Positions 23,929 through 29,336 of a stretch of DNA of 36,116 nucleotides are shown piece after piece; positions within the stretch are counted from its first letter, which is position 1, and each line of letters opens with the position of its first letter. The notes beneath the pieces were generated by a model that did no database searches, was not told the origin of the DNA, and saw only the letters and a program-made list of their open reading frames with translations. The stretch comes from a bacterium (lineage in GTDB: Bacteria; Patescibacteriota; Saccharimonadia; UBA4664): NCBI GenBank assembly GCA_043740495.1, contig JAYUCF010000005.1, positions 1 to 36,116 on the forward strand, in the 5' to 3' direction. A program made the translations under genes and the position numbers.

Positions 23929-25142
23929 TCGTCTCCGGTGGGCTTTGTTTCCGTACTCGGTTTATCGCGGTTAAACATTTCAGCAGCGGCGGCAAAATCT
24001 GCTATCGGCATCGATTGCGGGCGGTCTGGCGCGGTGCGCTCAAACTCCGGCTCGGACACTTTGGCTACCTGTCCAGGCTCCTGTGAGTCAGGCTCACTCA
24101 GCTCAATATGTCCAGGCTGAATAATTGGCAAGTCCAATTCGGCCGGCGGATCTGAATGATGCTTGTCTGGCGAAATAATTTGTTCATTAACCGGTGCAAC
24201 CGTCGCCAGTTTTGTGTCTAGCGGTGGGCGTTGCTGAGTAGTCGAAGGTTCTGACTGCGGCCTGTTGCGCTCAGGCTGAGGCTGAGCCGGACGCGCACGA
24301 GCCGGTGCGGGCGCTGCTTGACGCGGTGAGGTTGACTGATTTTGGTTACCGCGCTCGTTACTGCGTTCACCGCCGCGCGGCTCAGATTTGCCATCGCGAT
24401 ATAGCGCCCTCACCACCGCCTGCTGGCGAGCTCCGGCCGCCATCATCTGCGCGGCTACCGTGAGACTCTTCGGACTCGTGTGAGCCGCCGTAAAACGGTC
24501 GGTCGATGCCACGATCCCCATCAACAGCGCCGTGGCTATCTCGCCATCGATACTCCCACTCTGCAGACTCTCGGACAACGCCACCAACATCTCGCACAAA
24601 CTCGAAGCGTTCGGTTCGATCAAATTTACGGCGCCATAATTCTCGTTCGACCTATGAAAATCCAAATTCACCACCGGAATTGTCTCAAATGAGGCCGCAT
24701 TCTGCTCATAAATTCGGTCAATCCGGGCCCGCGTAGGCACACCCAGCACAATCGCCAAGTCATAATGGAAATCGCCGTAACCAAAAGTTACGTCACTCGG
24801 AGCAAACGAACCCTTGAACGGAGTAAGGTAAATATTCAGCTTGCTTTCGGCTACTTCGTAGCGCAGTTTATCAACCTCAACTTTTGAAACATCGAGCTTT
24901 AGTACAAAATCCCGCGAGCCGGCCAATCCGCGATCAATCGACCCCATATCGAGCGCCTGGACTGCAGTCGGCGGATTGTCACTGATAATCGCCGTCACCT
25001 TCTTTTCGAATTTGCGCAGAAGTGCTGCCAGTGCCATCACCGCTGTCACCTGGTCAACTGAGGGATGTTGGCCGGTCAAAATCACTATGGTTTCCGCTTG
25101 GCGAATAGCCTCAGACGTCTGTTGTTTAGGGGTAAGATCCAT
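23922..25142 (-). CDS. DHH-family protein (NrnA-like fold) with degenerate catalytic motifs, no DHHA1 domain and a ~150-aa disordered tail
   Basis: Colinear with NrnA motifs, but they read HPSVDQ (for DxD), LGVPT (for CDT), LDFHRSN (for DHH) and GIVASTDRF (for GDTGRF). The C-terminal half is P/Q/R/E/S-rich low complexity. Confidence 0.75.
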   Translation of the reverse strand: MDLTPKQQTSEAIRQAETIVILTGQHPSVDQVTAVMALAALLRKFEKKVTAIISDNPPTAVQALDMGSIDRGLAGSRDFVLKLDVSKVEVDKLRYEVAESKLNIYLTPFKGSFAPSDVTFGYGDFHYDLAIVLGVPTRARIDRIYEQNAASFETIPVVNLDFHRSNENYGAVNLIEPNASSLCEMLVALSESLQSGSIDGEIATALLMGIVASTDRFTAAHTSPKSLTVAAQMMAAGARQQAVVRALYRDGKSEPRGGERSNERGNQNQSTSPRQAAPAPARARPAQPQPERNRPQSEPSTTQQRPPLDTKLATVAPVNEQIISPDKHHSDPPAELDLPIIQPGHIELSEPDSQEPGQVAKVSEPEFERTAPDRPQSMPIADFAAAAEMFNRDKPSTETKPTGDES

Positions 25143-25150
25143 AAGTACAT

Positions 25151-25179
25151 AATCTACCTTATTTTACGTCATTTGTCAA
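25151..25179 (-). promoter_or_regulatory. Candidate promoter TTGACA-17-TAGATT, 8 nt before the DHH ATG (leaderless-type)
   Basis: Minus strand: TTGACA (25179-25174), 17 nt spacer, TAGATT (25156-25151), then atgtactt, then ATG 25142. Confidence 0.55.
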
Positions 25180-25243
25180 TAGTTGCGCTTATGATTAACG
25201 CCTAGCCCGACGCTTATGCTTGTGTACCTGTACACCGCTCTCT

Positions 25244-25271
25244 TTACAAAACACCCGGAATCCGCTATATT
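25244..25271 (+). promoter_or_regulatory. Candidate rpsT promoter (TTACAA-16-TATATT)
   Basis: TTACAA 25244-25249 and TATATT 25266-25271. SD AGGAA precedes ATG 25297. Confidence 0.45.
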
Positions 25272-25296
25272 CCCTTGGTACTTTAGGAACTCTTTC

Positions 25297-25743
25297 ATGC
25301 CCATCATCAAGTCAGCCATCAAACGAGCCAAGCAGGCTATCGTTCGCCGCAGTCGCAATCTGCAAGTTAAACGCGCGATCAAACAAGACGTCACTTCTCT
25401 CCACACCGCCCTGGCGGCTGGTGACGCCAAACTCATTGAGACTTCTCTCAGCGCCGCCTACTCCGAGATTGACCGCGCTGTGCGCAAGCACACCCTACAC
25501 AAGAACACTGCTGCCCGCCGTAAGAGTGCTCTAGCTCATGCGGTAGCTAAATCCAGCGGCGCCGAGGCTACCCCCGTGGAAGTCAAAACCACCAAAGGTG
25601 CCGGCAAAAAAGCTGCTACCGCCAAAACCACGGCCAAAAAGGCTACTGCCGATAAAGCCCCAACCATCAAGAAGCCCGCTGCCAAGCCGGCTGCTTCCAA
25701 GACTCCCGCCAAACCGGCCGCTTCCAAGCCCGCTAAAAAATAG
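25297..25743 (+). CDS. rpsT: 30S ribosomal protein S20 with a ~60-aa Ala/Lys/Pro-rich C-terminal tail
   Basis: MPIIKSAIKRAKQAIVRRSRNLQVKRAIK is a canonical S20 N-terminus. The ORF-track start 25216 adds 27 non-homologous residues and has no SD. The tail reads KKAATAKTTAKKATADKAPTIKKPAAKPAASKTPAKPAASKPAKK. Confidence 0.9.
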   Translation: MPIIKSAIKRAKQAIVRRSRNLQVKRAIKQDVTSLHTALAAGDAKLIETSLSAAYSEIDRAVRKHTLHKNTAARRKSALAHAVAKSSGAEATPVEVKTTKGAGKKAATAKTTAKKATADKAPTIKKPAAKPAASKTPAKPAASKPAKK

Positions 25744-25765
25744 TATTCTAATACTCTCAAACCCC

Positions 25766-25791
25766 GGGGGCCGCGAGGTCCCCATTTTATT
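25766..25791 (+). terminator. Intrinsic terminator after rpsT
   Basis: GGGGGCC gcga GGTCCCC (7-bp stem including one GU pair, GNRA-type loop), followed by ATTTTATT. Confidence 0.6.
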
Positions 25792-25804
25792 ACCACGAGC
25801 CATT

Positions 25805-26407
25805 ATGACTATCCCTGAACTCAAGCAAGACATTATTTTCCCGGCGGTCCTCAAAGGCCAAAGCCTGGTATTTCACTCCACCTGGGGGCTATTCAGCCCC
25901 AAGGCGATCGATGAAGGCACCCATTTGCTGCTTGAGTACGTTGAAATAGCGCCAAATGCCACCGTTCTCGACCTCGGCTCCGGCTATGGTCCGCTCGGCA
26001 TCACTCTCGCCAAACTTGCTCCGGCCGGGGAGGTTCACCTGGTCGACAAAGACTTTATTGCGGTCGAATTTTCGGCCAAGAATGCCGAAATCAACCATCT
26101 CAGCAACGTCAAAAGCTACCTCTCGAACGGCTTTAGCCACGTCGCCAAGGACCAAAAATTCGACCTCATCGTCTCCAACGTTCCCGCCAAAATCGGCACC
26201 GAACTGCTCACGATCTTCCTGCGCGATGCCCACGACCATCTCAGTCCCGGCGGTCTACTGTATATCGTGACCGTCTCGGGCCTCAAAGAATACATGAAGC
26301 GCCACCTCACGCTGGTTTTCGGCAACTACAATAAGCTCAAACAATCCAAAACCTATACCGCTGCCGTAGCGCAAAAAACGATCTTAACCCCGGGGGAACT
26401 GGTATAA
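25805..26407 (+). CDS. Class I SAM-dependent methyltransferase, RsmC/small-domain (MTS) type
   Basis: FHSTWGLFSPKAIDEGTHLLLE, SAM motif VLDLGSGYGPLG, DLIVSNVPAKIG (the NPPF-like position), and LYIVT. Start ATG 25805. The longer 25598 ORF overlaps rpsT in another frame. Confidence 0.8.
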   Translation: MTIPELKQDIIFPAVLKGQSLVFHSTWGLFSPKAIDEGTHLLLEYVEIAPNATVLDLGSGYGPLGITLAKLAPAGEVHLVDKDFIAVEFSAKNAEINHLSNVKSYLSNGFSHVAKDQKFDLIVSNVPAKIGTELLTIFLRDAHDHLSPGGLLYIVTVSGLKEYMKRHLTLVFGNYNKLKQSKTYTAAVAQKTILTPGELV

Positions 26408-26408
26408 T
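26400..26408 (+). promoter_or_regulatory. Extended -10 box TGgTATAAT, 9 nt before the ATG of the 70-aa ORF (leaderless-type)
   Basis: TGGTATAAT at 26400-26408 overlaps the methyltransferase stop. It is followed by cgacccact and then ATG 26418. Confidence 0.5.
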
Positions 26409-26417
26409 CGACCCACT

Positions 26418-26630
26418 ATGCCAAAGACACCCCCAGACCCATTACGCGTGCGGCTGCTCGAGCTCACCGAGGAGATCGCTGAACACACGACCGGTCTGCG
26501 CGATTTTGCAACCACTCCGGGCAACGCTTGGCTGGCCAAAGGTGAGCTACAACAGCTTATGACACTCCTGAGCGATATGGAAAGCCTGCTTGAAGACATC
26601 AAACAAGCCGACGTCGAAGCCGGCTACTAA
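26418..26630 (+). CDS. Small helical protein of unknown function (70 aa)
   Basis: ORF track. Heptad-like sequence LRVRLLELTEEIAEH ... LQQLMTLLSDMESLLEDIKQ. The consensus extended -10 at leaderless distance supports expression. Its 3' end overlaps the holA stop by 4 nt (convergent). Confidence 0.5.
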   Translation: MPKTPPDPLRVRLLELTEEIAEHTTGLRDFATTPGNAWLAKGELQQLMTLLSDMESLLEDIKQADVEAGY

Positions 26631-27568
26631 CGCGCGCTCACTCCTGTCGCCACTGCGTAAATCAGCTGCTCCACCGCCACCTCGGCCTTCAGCCGCCCGG
26701 ATTTGATATCAAATTCGCAATCTGCCGCGCAGCCGTAAGCTAGGCGCAGCGACTTCTCGCTCATCCGCCCTTGAGCCGAAGCCATCTTCCCCGCCACATA
26801 AGGACTCATTCCGGCTGCCTTCGCCAGCTCCGAAGGACTCATCTGCGGAGGTGCGATTTTGGCCAACAATAGATTGCGCAATTGCCACTGCACCATTGTC
26901 AGCACGTAAATTTCGCTCTGACGCTGTTCTAAGAGCGTCCGAAACCCCGCCAACGCTGCCGCCGTTCGGCCGGCTGTCATCGCCTCCACCAGATCAAAAA
27001 TTGATTGGTCCACGCTCGAAGTCACCATCGCTCGCACGTTTTTCACCGTCACTGTCGAGTCGTAGTTCACCAGCTTGTTGACCTCGCCCCCGAGCCGCCA
27101 CTGGTCCTCACCGGCCACGTCGACCAGTTCCCGCACCACCGCCGGTTCGACCGACCCGCCAAGCTTCTCGATTTCGGACCGCACCCACGCCAGCAATTTC
27201 GGTCCCGACAGCGGATCGAATTTTACCACCTTATCGGCCTTAGCCAGCTGCTTAAACACGCTTGTGCGCTGATCCACCTCCCGGTCCACAAACACCGCCA
27301 CCGTCGTTGACGGCACACTCTCCATCAACTTCGCCAGCTTGTCGGTCATAGCCTTGTTAAGAGCCAGCCCATCTACTATCACCAACCGTGAATTGGCCAA
27401 AAACGGACTTGCCTGCAAGATGCTTGAAAGCTCATGGGGCTTCACGCTCAGACCATCCACCCGCTCCAGCCCAAAACCGGAACCCGCCTTCTTCACGTAG
27501 GCCTCCGCCATTTGCTGTACCTGGCGCTTCAACTCGTAAGTATTAGGCCCGTAAAAAAAGATCGTCAT
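26627..27568 (-). CDS. holA: DNA polymerase III subunit delta
   Basis: MTIFFYGPNTYELKRQV ... LVIVDG ... the typical HolA layout, with a C-terminal helical domain. ATG 27568 is preferred over 27682, which would overlap mutM. Confidence 0.85.
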   Translation of the reverse strand: MTIFFYGPNTYELKRQVQQMAEAYVKKAGSGFGLERVDGLSVKPHELSSILQASPFLANSRLVIVDGLALNKAMTDKLAKLMESVPSTTVAVFVDREVDQRTSVFKQLAKADKVVKFDPLSGPKLLAWVRSEIEKLGGSVEPAVVRELVDVAGEDQWRLGGEVNKLVNYDSTVTVKNVRAMVTSSVDQSIFDLVEAMTAGRTAAALAGFRTLLEQRQSEIYVLTMVQWQLRNLLLAKIAPPQMSPSELAKAAGMSPYVAGKMASAQGRMSEKSLRLAYGCAADCEFDIKSGRLKAEVAVEQLIYAVATGVSAR

Positions 27569-27575
27569 ACCAGCT

Positions 27576-27584
27576 AGTGTATCA
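27576..27584 (-). promoter_or_regulatory. Extended -10 box TGaTACACT, 7 nt before the holA ATG (leaderless-type)
   Basis: The minus strand reads TGATACACT agctggt ATG (ATG 27568). It lies in the 20-nt gap after the mutM stop. Confidence 0.45.
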
Positions 27585-27588
27585 AGAA

Positions 27589-28470
27589 TTAGGGCTTCGG
27601 CGCTGCTTGACACTTCCGGCATACGTGAGTACCGCGTCCCGCCACGCGAATTTTCTCGATTATAGTCCCGCATACCTCGCACAATTGCCCCTCCCGCCGG
27701 AACACCCTGGCATGCTCAAGATAGTCACCTGTACCCCCAAGGGAATTCACGTAATGGGCGAAGCTCGTGCCGCCGTGCTCAATCCCGGCCGTCATAATGT
27801 CGCGCAGAGCTACCCGCAGTCGTTTTACCTCAGCCCCGGACAGCGACCCCCCCAGCCTGCTCGGATGTAGCCGCGCCAAATGCAAGGATTCATCGGCGTA
27901 AATGTTACCAATTCCCCCCACCGTCGACTGGTCCAAAATTACCGCCTTCACCGGGGCCCCCTTGCGCCTAGCCAACTGCGCCCCCAGATATCCAGCCGTA
28001 AATTCACTCGACAGCACCTCGGGACCAAGCCGCGCCACCAGCGGATCTAACTCCACCTCAGCGGTCGGCACCGCCTTAATCCACCCGAATTTACGTTGAT
28101 CATTGAAATACAATCGGTCCCCCGAAGCAAATTCAAACACCACCCGGGTGGATGAATCCGGTAGCGTTCGTTGCATACTAAGGGTCGGATGCCCGCCCGC
28201 ATACCGCTCGCCGCCTGGCTTCACCAATACCACTTGACCGGTCATCTTCAGATGAAACATTAAAGTGTAATCCCGGTCCAACTCTATCAGCAAAACTTTT
28301 GCCCGCCGCCTCACCTGTTGCACCCGGGCCCCGACAATCATCTGATTTGCCAAACTAATCGGCGCTTGCCAGCTCTTCGCCCACAGCACCTCCACGCTCA
28401 CAATGGTCTGCCCCACTATGCTCGTTTCCAGTCCCCGCCGGATTGTCTCTATCTCTGGTCCCTCCGGCAT
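27589..28470 (-). CDS. mutM: Formamidopyrimidine-DNA glycosylase (Fpg/MutM)
   Basis: N-terminal MPEGPEIE, an H2TH region, and the C-terminal zinc finger CEVCGTIIEKIRVAGRGTHVCRKCQ. SD AGGAGG. Confidence 0.95.
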   Translation of the reverse strand: MPEGPEIETIRRGLETSIVGQTIVSVEVLWAKSWQAPISLANQMIVGARVQQVRRRAKVLLIELDRDYTLMFHLKMTGQVVLVKPGGERYAGGHPTLSMQRTLPDSSTRVVFEFASGDRLYFNDQRKFGWIKAVPTAEVELDPLVARLGPEVLSSEFTAGYLGAQLARRKGAPVKAVILDQSTVGGIGNIYADESLHLARLHPSRLGGSLSGAEVKRLRVALRDIMTAGIEHGGTSFAHYVNSLGGTGDYLEHARVFRREGQLCEVCGTIIEKIRVAGRGTHVCRKCQAAPKP

Positions 28471-28510
28471 GTGGTCGCCCCTCCTATTACCATAGTATAA
28501 CGGATTATCG

Positions 28511-28538
28511 TTGACAATGCGCTTGATTATGTTATTAT
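28511..28538 (+). promoter_or_regulatory. Candidate promoter TTGACA-16-TATTAT for the 47-aa ORF
   Basis: TTGACA 28511-28516 and TATTAT 28533-28538. It overlaps a minus-strand TGATATAAT. Confidence 0.45.
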
Positions 28539-28542
28539 ATCA
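28534..28542 (-). promoter_or_regulatory. Candidate mutM promoter, extended -10 TGaTATAAT
   Basis: The minus strand reads TGATATAAT. It predicts a ~57 nt leader carrying AGGAGG before ATG 28470. Confidence 0.45.
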
Positions 28543-28605
28543 TAGCTAGTTTAGGGCCACCCGAGAAGCACACTGCTCCTCCTGAAAAGAAATATGAGGA
28601 CAAAA

Positions 28606-28749
28606 ATGCCCAAAGACAAGGGCCCCAAGGGGCCAAAGACAGCCGACACCAAACCAATGGAGGATTCCAAAGCTGCAGCCCTCAGCCGCTTCGAAAAGGA
28701 GCACCCCGGTTTTCTCGCCCGCATCAAGGAGAAAGACGGGCCCAAGTAG
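28606..28749 (+). CDS. Candidate small Lys-rich protein (47 aa), unknown function
   Basis: It is below the ORF-track cutoff. GAGGA (28596-28600) lies 5 nt before ATG 28606. The product reads MPKDKGPKGPKTADTKPMEDSKAAALSRFEKEHPGFLARIKEKDGPK, with stop TAG at 28747-28749. It has a consensus-like promoter upstream and a strong hairpin downstream. Confidence 0.4.
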   Translation: MPKDKGPKGPKTADTKPMEDSKAAALSRFEKEHPGFLARIKEKDGPK

Positions 28750-28784
28750 CCCCGCCGTCTCCGCCCCCACTAGCACCGGCCTCT

Positions 28785-28825
28785 CCGGCGTAAGCCCTCT
28801 GCCATTCGGGCAGAACTTACGCCGG
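28785..28825. terminator. Strong hairpin between convergent genes (possible bidirectional terminator)
   Basis: CCGGCGTAAG (28785-28794) pairs with CTTACGCCGG (28816-28825), with an inner CTGCC/GGCAG stem. There is no U-tract on either side. Confidence 0.45.
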
Positions 28826-28844
28826 AAGGGCCCCCTACAAGCTA

Positions 28845-29330
28845 TTATTTACGTTCTTCCTGCAACTGCCAGGCCCGGTACCGCGCCCAATCCTGCACCC
28901 CCTTCAGTACCGTCTTCCGCGCGTAAGCCTCCGATCCGATTGGCCGAAAGTCTTCCTCGCGGACGGTCACCGAATTCTCCGCCAGGAAATTTTCCAACAG
29001 CACCAACTCACCACTCCGCCGACGGATACTCTGTACCGAGTACACCCGGTGTATTCCGAATTTACCCTGTTTATCATGCTCATATTCAATCCGCGCCAGC
29101 TCGCCGGCCGGCGCCAAGTTCTCGTCTAGAATCGAAAACCGCGAGATACTCATTGGGCCGTCTTTTTCGGTGGCATCAATGGTAATCTGCCTGCCCACCT
29201 CCGGCCCGCCCGGAATCCGCAGCACCTTCCGCGATCCGGACGGCTCCGCATCGACCGCCTGAGCAATCTCGGTCACGATCTGCTGACATGTCGCCTGCAG
29301 CAACCGATCTGTCTGCGTACCATCACTCAT
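28845..29330 (-). CDS. Hypothetical protein (161 aa), tightly linked downstream of polA
   Basis: ORF track. The ATG is 6 nt after the polA stop. No TM helix, P-loop or other motif that I recognise. Confidence 0.65.
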   Translation of the reverse strand: MSDGTQTDRLLQATCQQIVTEIAQAVDAEPSGSRKVLRIPGGPEVGRQITIDATEKDGPMSISRFSILDENLAPAGELARIEYEHDKQGKFGIHRVYSVQSIRRRSGELVLLENFLAENSVTVREEDFRPIGSEAYARKTVLKGVQDWARYRAWQLQEERK

Positions 29331-29336
29331 CTTCCG

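Noticed and set aside
26185-26215. The methyltransferase has NVPAKIG where RsmC-type enzymes have NPPFHAG
   Set aside because: Related small-domain methyltransferases tolerate variation here (I recall NPPIRAG-like forms). One Pro to Val change is not enough to claim loss or change of function without an alignment.
28546-28776. Minus-strand ORFs of 76 aa and 64 aa opposite the 47-aa plus-strand ORF
   Set aside because: Neither has an SD or promoter. The plus strand carries a -35/-10 pair, an SD and a downstream hairpin in the correct order.
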